Source: Candidatus Bathyarchaeota archaeon
Lineage (GTDB): Archaea; Thermoproteota; Bathyarchaeia; 40CM-2-53-6
DNA length: 63,781 bases
NCBI GenBank assembly: GCA_005882895.1
Contig: VBBD01000018.1
Location: forward strand, 1 to 63,781
Reading direction: 5' to 3'
The translations under genes and the position numbers were made by a program. Below the pieces are notes generated by a model, which ran no database searches, was not told the DNA's origin, and was given only the letters and a program-made list of their open reading frames with translations. Shown here piece by piece: positions 55,836 to 63,781 of this stretch. Position 1 is the first letter of the stretch. Each line of letters opens with the position of its first letter.

Positions 55836-56834
55836 TTGGAAGCCGCTCTCTGGACTGAGAAGTACAGGCCGAAGAGTCTCAGCGACATCATGGATCAGGA
55901 GGAGATAGTTTCGCGGCTCAAGGATTTTGTCAAGAGAGGGACCATGCCGCATTGCTTGTTTGCAGGTCCTCCAGGGACGGGCAAGACAACTGCTGGGTTG
56001 TGTCTCGCGCATGATCTGTTTGGCGAGCGATTCCAAGACGCATTCAAAGAATTGAATGCGAGTGATGAACGTGGAATAGACGTGGTCCGGACTACTGTGA
56101 AAGAGTTTGCCCGAATGGCCTCGCTAACTAGCGTTCCTTTCAAGATCCTTGTTTTGGACGAAGCTGACAACATGACAGGGGATGCTCAGAGCGCCCTTCG
56201 GCGAACGATGGAGAATTACACCAACACTTGCCGTTTTATTCTCTGCTGCAACTATTCCGGCAGAATAATTGAGCCAATCCAGTCGAGATGCGCTCTATTC
56301 CGGTTCACACCGCTACCTGAAGAGAAGGTCGTAGAATCTCTTCATCGAATCGCGAAAAACGAGAACCTGAAGACCACTGAGGGGGGCTTGAAAACCATTG
56401 TAGAAGTGGCCGAGGGAGACCTTCGGAAAGCCATCAACATACTCCAAGCAGCCTCATCCATGTCGAAAGGGGTCTCTGAGGAGACGGTCTACCAGGTAGT
56501 TGGAAGGGCGAGGCCTACTGATGTCCACGAGATGCTAAATCATGCTTTGAAGGGCGACTTCCTCAAGGCACGTGACGAGCTTCGAACCCTCCTCGTCAAG
56601 TATGGTCTATCCGGGTCTGACATTGTCCGCCAGATTCACTCGGAAGTCTTCCGCCTCGCCATTCCAGAGAAGACACGAATTAGCCTGATCGAGGCGATCG
56701 GGGATACAGACTTCCGACTCGTACAAGGCGGAGATGAAGAAGTCCAGCTAAGCGCTCTGCTCGCCCATTTAGCAGCTCAATCATCGGTTCATAGAAGTGT
56801 TCGAGAAGAACATGTCACAGCCCTGGACCGTTAG
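55836..56834 (+). CDS. rfcS: Replication factor C small subunit
   Basis: Contains LWTEKYRPKSL, GPPGTGKTT, LDEADNMT and SRC. TTG start. Confidence 0.95.
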   Translation: MEAALWTEKYRPKSLSDIMDQEEIVSRLKDFVKRGTMPHCLFAGPPGTGKTTAGLCLAHDLFGERFQDAFKELNASDERGIDVVRTTVKEFARMASLTSVPFKILVLDEADNMTGDAQSALRRTMENYTNTCRFILCCNYSGRIIEPIQSRCALFRFTPLPEEKVVESLHRIAKNENLKTTEGGLKTIVEVAEGDLRKAINILQAASSMSKGVSEETVYQVVGRARPTDVHEMLNHALKGDFLKARDELRTLLVKYGLSGSDIVRQIHSEVFRLAIPEKTRISLIEAIGDTDFRLVQGGDEEVQLSALLAHLAAQSSVHRSVREEHVTALDR

Positions 56835-58047
56835 ATATAGACCGAAGACAACTCGCGAGATCGCAGGCAACAAGCCTGCCCTGGAGAAAATTCGTCTATG
56901 GCTTGATTCCTGGTCCAAAGAAAAACCGTCCAAAGCCGCAGTCCTTCTTTATGGCCCAGCTGGAGTGGGAAAGACAACAGTCGCCGAAGCGGTTGCTCGG
57001 GAGAGAGGCTGGGACCTCGTAGAGATCAATGCCTCCGACAAACGGAGCGGCGACATTCTTTCAAGAATCGCGGGACTTGCGTCAACTCAATCATCACTGT
57101 TCAGCAAGGGAAGACTCATACTGCTGGACGAGGTAGACGGTATCAACCTTAGAGCAGACTCAGGCGCGATCATCGCGATCCTCCGGGTAATCAAGGAATC
57201 TCAGTTTCCAATCGTTCTAACCGCCAACGACCCTTGGGACCCAAAGATCAGACCTCTACGAGACGCATGTCTCCTCATCGAGCTGAAAAGACTCGGACCG
57301 AGAGAAGGAATTCCCTTGATGAGGGGAATCCTCGCAAAAGAGGGCGTGAACGCTGAAGAGGAGGCGCTTAGGGCGATCATGGAACGGGACCGTGGCGATA
57401 TGCGATCGGCAATAACTGACCTCCAGATTCTAACGGGACCCAAGAAGAGTCTGACTTTAGAAGATACGGCATTGCTGTCAAGCCGAGATCGTACGGAGTC
57501 CATTTTCGAGGTTCTAAGGATCATCTTCAACAGCAGAACGGTTGCTCAGGCTCGACGCGCTCTGGACAAGTCAGATCTCGACCAGGAAATGCTCTTTCAG
57601 TGGATACTCGAAAATACGCCAAACCAGATCCCGAAGCCTCGCGAACTCGAAGCGGCCATGTCCGCGCTCTCTGAGGCCGATCTGTACTTCGCGCGGATCA
57701 GGAAGACACAGTCGTGGCATCTACTGTCATATGCTCTCGATCTCATGACTGCGGGTGTTGCTGTCGCAAAGGAGACGAGCCCGGGAGGTTGGGTGTCGAT
57801 GAAGTTTCCTCAGCGCATCAGCTCTATGTCCCGCAGCCGAGGAACAAGAGAGCTTCGCAAAGGGGTTGGAGGGCTAATAGGGTCCAAGTCCCACATATCC
57901 AGTCGAAGAGGAACTAAACTCTACCTTCCCTTGATCAAGTTCATCCATGAGCACGATCCGCAGAAGTATCGCGAGATTGCAGAATGGCTTGATGCGAAAG
58001 CGCCACTAGACGAGATTCTCTCGCTGGAAAACGAGCAAGCCGCTTAG
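56812..58047 (+). CDS. rfcL: Replication factor C large subunit
   Basis: Contains MSQPWTVRYRPKTTREI, YGPAGVGKTT and LLDEVDG. I placed the start at the internal ATG; it overlaps the rfcS end. Confidence 0.9.
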   Translation: MSQPWTVRYRPKTTREIAGNKPALEKIRLWLDSWSKEKPSKAAVLLYGPAGVGKTTVAEAVARERGWDLVEINASDKRSGDILSRIAGLASTQSSLFSKGRLILLDEVDGINLRADSGAIIAILRVIKESQFPIVLTANDPWDPKIRPLRDACLLIELKRLGPREGIPLMRGILAKEGVNAEEEALRAIMERDRGDMRSAITDLQILTGPKKSLTLEDTALLSSRDRTESIFEVLRIIFNSRTVAQARRALDKSDLDQEMLFQWILENTPNQIPKPRELEAAMSALSEADLYFARIRKTQSWHLLSYALDLMTAGVAVAKETSPGGWVSMKFPQRISSMSRSRGTRELRKGVGGLIGSKSHISSRRGTKLYLPLIKFIHEHDPQKYREIAEWLDAKAPLDEILSLENEQAA

Positions 58048-58208
58048 CGGTTGCGCATTACAAGCGCGCCGCCGACGAAGGCGATGATGGTCGAGACGAC
58101 CTCAGCAACCAGAAGTTGTTGAAGCGCCTGACTCGTAATCGCCGTGCCAGCTCCCATGGCTGTTGTGGCGGCAATCGCGCCCATGCATCCTGTGAAGAGG
58201 AGCAGCAT
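58044..58208 (-). CDS. Possible small hydrophobic protein (54 aa), absent from the ORF track
   Basis: Reads MLLLFTGCMGAIAATTAMGAGTAITSQALQQLLVAEVVSTIIAFVGGALVMRNR*, with two Gly/Ala-rich hydrophobic segments. Its stop overlaps the rfcL stop convergently. Confidence 0.3.
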   Translation of the reverse strand: MLLLFTGCMGAIAATTAMGAGTAITSQALQQLLVAEVVSTIIAFVGGALVMRNR

Positions 58209-58307
58209 TCCTACGGTGAGAAAAGCTTCCTTTAAGATTTGTCGCCTTCACTGGTCTCGCGATTGGAAGCGAAATAAAAGTTTACTCTATGATCGAATAG
58301 GCGCGCC

Positions 58308-59663
58308 TTATTCTCTCAAAGCCGAGTTGACTAGTTCACGCGTTACGCCGAGGTATGTTCGGTAGTCGAGTGCTTCCTTGATTTCTTTCGGTTTTAGTCT
58401 CTTCGAGATGAACTTGTCTTCAAGCAGGAGCTGCCCAAATGGAATCTTGTTGTCGAGGGCTCTTATCGATATTTTTCTTACTCTCTCGTGAGCATCTTGT
58501 CTTGGCACTCCTGTCTCGACGAGCGAGTTCACGATTCTTTCCGCTAGCAAAGAGCCTTGTGACAGCTCCAAGTTTCGTTCCATGTTCTCCGGCAGGACCT
58601 CCAAACCATCCAAGACCCGTGTTACAAGCCGAAGCATTTCGTCGGCAAGAATGAAAGACATCGGAAAGATGAAGCGCTCGCTGGCAGAGTTAGATATGTC
58701 CCGCTCATGCCACAGAGGAATATTCTCGAGAGCAGGAATGACTAAGCCTCGCATCAGCTTCGCCATGCTCGAGACTCTTTCGCTGAGCTCCGGATTCCTC
58801 TTCGACGGTAGAGCCGAGCTTCCGACCTGTTTTTCTCGCTCAAATGGCTCCATAACCTCCGAGATCTCGCTTCTCTGCAGGTTTCGGATCTCCGTTGCGA
58901 ACTTGTCAAGGCTCGACCCTAGTAGCGAGAGATAACAGACGGTTTCGGCGTGTAGATCCCGCTGAATAACCTGCGTGACGAGCCCCGCTGGTTTGAGCCC
59001 TAGCTTTCCTAGTGCTCTTTCCTGAATCTTCAGGGCGTTTTTCCCAAGCCCAGCACCATTTCCAACAATTCCCAGAATCTTACCGACCAGGACCCGTTCT
59101 TTGACCTGCTTCAGCCTCTGCTGGTATCTTCGAACCTCCTCCAGCCAGACTGCGAATTTGAGGCCGAGGGTGATGACTCCGGCGTGGCGTCCGTGAGTCC
59201 GGCCTACGATCAACAGCGCTCTGTGTTTACGAACTCTTGAAACAAGGATCTCCTCAAGCCCGTCGAGTCTTTTCTCGAGGACCGAGAAGGCTTCTTTGAA
59301 CTGGAGCGCTGTCGCGGTATCCTCAATATCGTAGCTTGTTAGACCGTAATGGACGTATTTGCGTCCCTCGCCTGTGCATGCTTCTGAGAGCGCTACCACC
59401 ATCGACATCAGATCATGATGGATCTCTTTCTCAATCCCCTTGACATGATCCAGGGTCACGATCTTTATGTTGGCGTTTTGCCGGATTTCCTCCGCCGCCT
59501 CTTTCGGAATATCTCCGACGAAGGCCTGTGCTTCCGCAACAGCCGCCTCCACATCTAGCCATCGTTGGAGCTTGTTTTCTTCCTCGAAGATTCTCCTCAT
59601 CTCCGGACTGCCATAACGGCCCGTGTCAATTGGAAGAATGGGCAATCTTAACGACCCGAACAA
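58308..59663 (-). CDS. purB: Adenylosuccinate lyase
   Basis: Contains RYGSPEMRRIF and the fumarate-lyase signature region GSSALPSKRNP. Confidence 0.95.
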   Translation of the reverse strand: MFGSLRLPILPIDTGRYGSPEMRRIFEEENKLQRWLDVEAAVAEAQAFVGDIPKEAAEEIRQNANIKIVTLDHVKGIEKEIHHDLMSMVVALSEACTGEGRKYVHYGLTSYDIEDTATALQFKEAFSVLEKRLDGLEEILVSRVRKHRALLIVGRTHGRHAGVITLGLKFAVWLEEVRRYQQRLKQVKERVLVGKILGIVGNGAGLGKNALKIQERALGKLGLKPAGLVTQVIQRDLHAETVCYLSLLGSSLDKFATEIRNLQRSEISEVMEPFEREKQVGSSALPSKRNPELSERVSSMAKLMRGLVIPALENIPLWHERDISNSASERFIFPMSFILADEMLRLVTRVLDGLEVLPENMERNLELSQGSLLAERIVNSLVETGVPRQDAHERVRKISIRALDNKIPFGQLLLEDKFISKRLKPKEIKEALDYRTYLGVTRELVNSALRE

Positions 59664-59715
59664 AGAACCAACTATAGTATCATATTAAACAACTCTGAAG
59701 AAAAATACGGGAATA

Positions 59716-61062
59716 ATGACGGGTATCTGCGGCCTCATAGGACGGGAGGCGGACGATCTCGAATCGAAAGCGAAGACCATCCTCTCCCTGATGCGGAACC
59801 GTGGATCAGAATCTCGAACATTCTCACCGACCGTCCCTAGCGGAGAAAAAATCATTGTTGGGGTCTGCGATCCCACTGGTGTGGAGTCGTTCGCTCGTAA
59901 AGCGGTGCCGTTAGCCCTTGACGGTGTTTTCTTCGGCGACGATGCAAGACCCAACAACCCCGGCCCCGCGGGTCCCAGCCGTCTCATACAGACACCTGGG
60001 GCCTTTGCCTTTGTCACTTCGCTCAAAGATCACTTGATCGTAGGAAGGGACATTATTGGGCAGAAACCTCTCTATTTTGGACAGACAGAAGAGGGCACCC
60101 TTGCCTTCGCCAGCCTGCAATCTCCTCTCGTCTCAATCGGCATTCGCGAGCCCAAGCCTGTTCCTCCGGGAAAGGGAATTCGAGCCTCCACCCGAGGGTG
60201 CGAGACGATGAGTGACTGTTCGCTCAAGCAGCCAAACGAGGTATCGATAGGTGAGGCGGACGCGACTCGGACTTTGGATGAACTCTTCACCGAAGCTGTC
60301 GGCAGGATTGTACCGCGAGGCTCCGGAATCGCATTCTCTGGGGGATTGGACAGCGCTCTCGTTTCGTACGTGGCGAAGGCGGCCGGTTTAGGGCCAGAGT
60401 TAATCTCGGTGGGGCTGAAAGGCCAACAAGAACTAGGCCACGCTGAGAGAACCGCGAAAAGTTTTGGACTCCGCGTCGAGATAAGGGAATTGTCAAGTTC
60501 GGAGATTCTCAACTCATTGCCGGATGTTGTCGAGATAATCGAGACCGCCGACCCGGTGATCGTTGGGATCTCGGTCCCAATCTACTTTGCCTGTCAGAAA
60601 GCTCGCGAGATGGGCCTGAGCTACATCGCAGCTGGCCAGCTCAGCGATGAACTGTTCGGCGGCTACGGAAAGTTCGAAGACATCGCTCTCCGAAACGGAA
60701 TCGGCGAACTTCGATCGGAGATGTTCAACAGCGTTGTTGCCGCTTCCGTAAAGGACTTCGACCCTGGCGACAAGCTCGCGGTTGCAGCTGGCCTCGAACT
60801 TTGTTCCCCCTTCGCGTATCTTCCACTTGTCGAGTACGTCCTGAAGCTACCTGTCTCTCTCCGAGTCAATCTCGCCAATGGAAAGGTCATACGAAAATAT
60901 ATTCTGAGAAGACTTGCCGCCCGACTGAACCTGCCTGAAAGCGTGGTAGACCGGCCGAAGAAAGCTGTCCAATATTCCAGCGGTGTCCAGAAGGTTTTGT
61001 TGAAAGAGGCAAAGCGACGAGGTACAAGCCTCGGCAGGATGCTGGAATCCTTCACGAGATAG
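59716..61062 (+). CDS. Asparagine synthase (glutamine-hydrolysing)-like amidotransferase
   Basis: Has an N-terminal Ntn-like segment MTGICGLIG and the PP-loop IAFSGGLDSALV. The catalytic Cys follows MTGI rather than the initiator Met. Confidence 0.75.
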   Translation: MTGICGLIGREADDLESKAKTILSLMRNRGSESRTFSPTVPSGEKIIVGVCDPTGVESFARKAVPLALDGVFFGDDARPNNPGPAGPSRLIQTPGAFAFVTSLKDHLIVGRDIIGQKPLYFGQTEEGTLAFASLQSPLVSIGIREPKPVPPGKGIRASTRGCETMSDCSLKQPNEVSIGEADATRTLDELFTEAVGRIVPRGSGIAFSGGLDSALVSYVAKAAGLGPELISVGLKGQQELGHAERTAKSFGLRVEIRELSSSEILNSLPDVVEIIETADPVIVGISVPIYFACQKAREMGLSYIAAGQLSDELFGGYGKFEDIALRNGIGELRSEMFNSVVAASVKDFDPGDKLAVAAGLELCSPFAYLPLVEYVLKLPVSLRVNLANGKVIRKYILRRLAARLNLPESVVDRPKKAVQYSSGVQKVLLKEAKRRGTSLGRMLESFTR

Positions 61063-61110
61063 TGTGGAAGACTTATCCGATAGACCGCCTTCGCAAGCGC
61101 GGATTGGAAA

Positions 61111-61659
61111 ATGGCGAAGGTAAACCCCGTGAGAGTTGCACACCCAAGGTCCTTGTTAGCAGGTGGTCTAGGCGTGTTCTCCAGCCTTCTCACAATCGGA
61201 TGGGCCCTATTCGGCTACAACCTCCCGACCGCGGCTAATCTCGCGTCGAGCCAGCCGGACAACTTGATGCTCGCGCAGTTCGGCGTGGCATTCCTTGTGT
61301 TGATCGGAAGCGGTCTGATGCTGGCCAGGTATACCCGGTTGGGCGGAGCGATTAACATTCTAGGAGGATTGACAACCTTTAGCATCGGCCTGCTCTACGC
61401 TAGAAGCTTGGAACAAGCAGCAAGAGCTGCCAGCCTCCAAGGGCTCTCCCTCCATTTCTCTCAATTCTACACCGCGCCTCTAGTGATACCGGTTGATCGT
61501 CTAGTGGCAACGCTCCTCGTTATGCCGGTCTTTCCAATAGCAACCCTCTTGGTTATCAGTGGACTGGGAGCGCTCGCAACCTATCGCATGCACAGGCCGC
61601 ACTCGATCGCTCTATCGACACCACAACAACAAGTCTCGGTCCAGACAGCCAATAAATGA
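61111..61659 (+). CDS. Membrane protein (4-5 TM helices), hypothetical
   Basis: 182 aa, with repeated hydrophobic helices. I recognised no family. Confidence 0.5.
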   Translation: MAKVNPVRVAHPRSLLAGGLGVFSSLLTIGWALFGYNLPTAANLASSQPDNLMLAQFGVAFLVLIGSGLMLARYTRLGGAINILGGLTTFSIGLLYARSLEQAARAASLQGLSLHFSQFYTAPLVIPVDRLVATLLVMPVFPIATLLVISGLGALATYRMHRPHSIALSTPQQQVSVQTANK

Positions 61660-61849
61660 AGGGATGGAAGAGGGAAGGCTATCCGATGGAACAAATAGTC
61701 GTACAGATGATCAGTCCCGCTTCTCAGCGAATCCTTTCGTCAATTTATCCCTCTCAAAAGCTCCTCGTCTCGGAGATGGCTTCTCAGTTCGTACACTAGC
61801 GATACCCTAGCATAACACAGAAAAGCAGCCCGGTTCGATTCCGACCTTA

Positions 61850-61992
61850 GGGGCCGTCGTCTAGCTTGGTCAAGGGGATTGACCCCGCCCAGAGGATACC
61901 AGAGTCCAATCTTGGACGGTGACCCTGGGGCGCTGGCGACCCCGAGAAATCGGGGCCAGAGGTCGTGGGTTCAAATCCCACCGGCCCCACCA
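61850..61992 (+). tRNA. tRNA-Pro (anticodon GGG) interrupted by three putative introns; CCA is genome-encoded
   Basis: Acceptor stem GGGGCCG/CGGCCCC, A73 and CCA. T-arm GUGGG-UUCAAAU-CCCAC. D-arm GUCU-AGCUUGGUCAA-GGAU. Putative introns lie at 61873..61892, 61903..61923 and 61939..61961, each within a bulge-helix-bulge-like fold. After removing them the anticodon arm is CCAGC-CUGGGGC-GCUGG. Confidence 0.8.
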
Positions 61993-62120
61993 TCAACCAA
62001 TATCCTAGAAGATCACATCAGGACCAAAGTTGGAGAGGATTGTCGAATGATCGTTCTGGTTGCCCTTTTATAACGAGACTGACGAGTCCATTTTTCTAAT
62101 TATACCGGATTGAATTCATT

Positions 62121-63781
62121 TTGCATGTTCCAAGGCCGAGCATTAGAAGACGAGCGAGCTTATCCTCGGCCGGAAAGAAAGCCTTACCTTTCACCAAGAT
62201 ATTACTAGTCGGAATCGCCGTTTTGGCGATAGGTGCTCTGGTAACCGAGCTACTGACCAGCGGGCTGACTCCGAACTGTCAAAATAATCCTCTGGACCCA
62301 CTGTGTGTTCCAGGGTATGCGGTTCGGACTCTTACACGAATGACAATCGCGTACATTTTCGCACTCACCTTTGCCCTAGCATATGGAATCGCGACGGCGA
62401 TGAGCCACCGAGCCTCCCACGTGCTCTTGCCTTTGCTGGACATATTCCAGTCGGTCCCTGTTCTTGGAGTGGTCCCTGTCGTGTTCCTGATCATCTTGGG
62501 GACTGGGACCGGAATCACTCCTCCGCCTGAGTTCAACCAAGAAGTTGCATCTATCATACTGATCTTCACTGCGATGGCGTGGGCCCCTACTTTCGGAGTC
62601 ATAGCCGGAATAAATGCGATCCCGATGGACATCAAGGAGGCGGCTCATGCTTACGGAATGCACGGCACTAGGTATCTGCGCCAGATCGTTCTTCCAGCCG
62701 TATTTCCTGAGCTAGTCTGGAGTAGCATACTGGCCTGGGGTGGAGGATGGTATCTCATACCTGTCGAAGAGCACCTTTCCTTCGGTCAACCTCCAAATCA
62801 GACCCAGGTGGACCTTCCTGGATTAGGCAGATTTATCGCGCTGGCTGCGTTGAAGGCGGACCTAGGACTGGCGCTCTTTGGACTGGTGGTGCTTGTGGGA
62901 ATCATACTTGCCATTGACCGTTTGATATGGAAGCCCCTAGGCATGAGGGCGGAGAAGTACAAGTACGAAACAGTCGCGGCTCCAAGGACGACTGCAACAC
63001 GACAGAGTAGTGTTGTTGCTGGAGTGAGAAGATACGAGGATCGTTTGGTTTCACCGGTACTCACCTTCTTCAAATCTGAACGGTCTTACGCGGCACGAGT
63101 ACTGGAAATCACGCGCTTGAAACGAATACGCCACATAACAGAGAGGTTGAGGTTTCCGGAGCGAATCGGAAGAATCCCGTTATGGGGAAGGATCCTCAGC
63201 TACGCAATCTTCGTTGGACTCGTTATCTTGGGTCTCATCGTGACGATCATGTCGCGATCCCAATCCATTGAGAGGGGCATTTCCCTTCTGGCTACTGATG
63301 TAACAGCTTTCGAATTGATCGCGATTACGCTTCTTTCACTATCGAGGCTGGTCATTGCGTACGTCATTGCCCTCTCGTGGACGCTTGGTGCGGGAATATT
63401 GATAGCTAGAAGTCAGAGGCTTTCTAGGCTTCTCGTGCCTATCTTTGACATCGGACAGTCAATCCCTGCGACGGCCCTGTTCCCGCTTGTTGTAATATTA
63501 CTAGTCGACCCGTTCAAGAACTCCCCCTATCTCGGATTCACATTGAACCTAGCTTCTGTGCTCTTGATTCTCACTGGTATGCAGTGGTATTTGCTGTTCA
63601 ACATCGTCGGCGCAGTGAACGGTGTCCCGAATGACATTTTGGAGGCGACTGCAGCTTATCGAATTCGGGGACGACGTTTTGTCAAAGAAATCCTAATCCC
63701 GGCATCTTTTCCCGCAATCCTCATCGGAAGCATACAGGCCTGGGGCGGCGGCTGGAACGCCCTGATAGTCTCTGAGTCCAT
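62121..63781 (+). CDS. ABC transporter permease with two fused transmembrane domains (NitT/TauT-like), 3' end outside the window
   Basis: The frame is open from 62100 to the window end, so it is not in the ORF track. TTG start at 62121. Two EAA-type loops are present (DIKEAAHAYGMHGTRYLRQIVLP and DILEATAAYRIRGRRFVKEILIP), each followed by AWGGGW. Confidence 0.8.
   Translation, partial: MHVPRPSIRRRASLSSAGKKALPFTKILLVGIAVLAIGALVTELLTSGLTPNCQNNPLDPLCVPGYAVRTLTRMTIAYIFALTFALAYGIATAMSHRASHVLLPLLDIFQSVPVLGVVPVVFLIILGTGTGITPPPEFNQEVASIILIFTAMAWAPTFGVIAGINAIPMDIKEAAHAYGMHGTRYLRQIVLPAVFPELVWSSILAWGGGWYLIPVEEHLSFGQPPNQTQVDLPGLGRFIALAALKADLGLALFGLVVLVGIILAIDRLIWKPLGMRAEKYKYETVAAPRTTATRQSSVVAGVRRYEDRLVSPVLTFFKSERSYAARVLEITRLKRIRHITERLRFPERIGRIPLWGRILSYAIFVGLVILGLIVTIMSRSQSIERGISLLATDVTAFELIAITLLSLSRLVIAYVIALSWTLGAGILIARSQRLSRLLVPIFDIGQSIPATALFPLVVILLVDPFKNSPYLGFTLNLASVLLILTGMQWYLLFNIVGAVNGVPNDILEATAAYRIRGRRFVKEILIPASFPAILIGSIQAWGGGWNALIVSES

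Noticed and set aside
61829-61849. The T-loop-like sequence CCCGGTTCGATTCCGACC immediately upstream of the tRNA could be a second tRNA, a tRNA half or an integration att remnant.
   Set aside because: Only 3 bp of T-stem can form. No matching acceptor, D or anticodon arms exist within 150 nt upstream, and no integrase or mobile-element genes are nearby. It is probably fortuitous or a very old fragment.
61904-61910. The loop-like heptamer GUCCAAU inside the tRNA locus would read as anticodon CCA (Trp).
   Set aside because: Every candidate 3' partner (CUUGG, CCUGG, GCUGG) leaves an A-C or A-G mismatch at position 31:39 of the stem. The heptamer instead sits inside the inner helix and loop of a clean bulge-helix-bulge fold (intron II). 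Splicing that fold yields a perfect Pro(GGG) anticodon arm.
1-63781. I scanned for CRISPR arrays, IS elements/transposases, integrases, toxin-antitoxin pairs, restriction-modification genes and rRNA genes.
   Set aside because: I saw no regularly spaced short repeats, no DDE/serine/tyrosine recombinase motifs, no methyltransferase-endonuclease pairs and no rRNA-like sequence. The two RHH proteins (6368..7076) have no adjacent toxin-like partner.

Overview
This is an archaeal chromosomal segment. Gene content looks Thermoproteota/TACK-like: an archaeal r-protein cluster with L19e, L32e, S4e and RNase P Rpp29; Orc1/Cdc6; MCM preceded by a Gins23-like gene; RFC small and large subunits; and Hel308. 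Layout: (1) 0-11.4 kb holds mixed membrane and secreted proteins, including three paralogous 2-TM proteins, DedA, a DUF457-like hydrolase and two RHH proteins. (2) 7.5-26 kb is a cell-surface glycan island with an SDR epimerase, tandem surface-protein paralogs, two FkbM methyltransferases, two GT4, two intact GT2 plus one GT2 remnant, and two very large polytopic proteins. (3) hsp20 follows. (4) 27.7-35.6 kb is a minus-strand r-protein operon running L22 to L18 and ending in an apparent S5-L30 fusion. (5) 36.4-38.5 kb encodes a KaiC-like ATPase, a degenerate KaiC-like paralog and a membrane-anchored wHTH. (6) 39.9-45 kb is a dTDP-rhamnose cluster (rmlABDC) with a sugar C-methyltransferase. (7) 45.2-58 kb is a replication-gene island (orc1/cdc6, hel308, gins, mcm, rfcS, rfcL) interspersed with a DEAD-box helicase, deoxyhypusine synthase and inositol-1-P synthase. 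(8) The end carries purB, an asnB-like gene, a tRNA-Pro(GGG) that appears to contain three introns, and a partial fused ABC permease. I saw no CRISPR array, rRNA, IS/transposase or integrase. All calls rest on reading the ORF translations and the sequence by eye; no searches were run.
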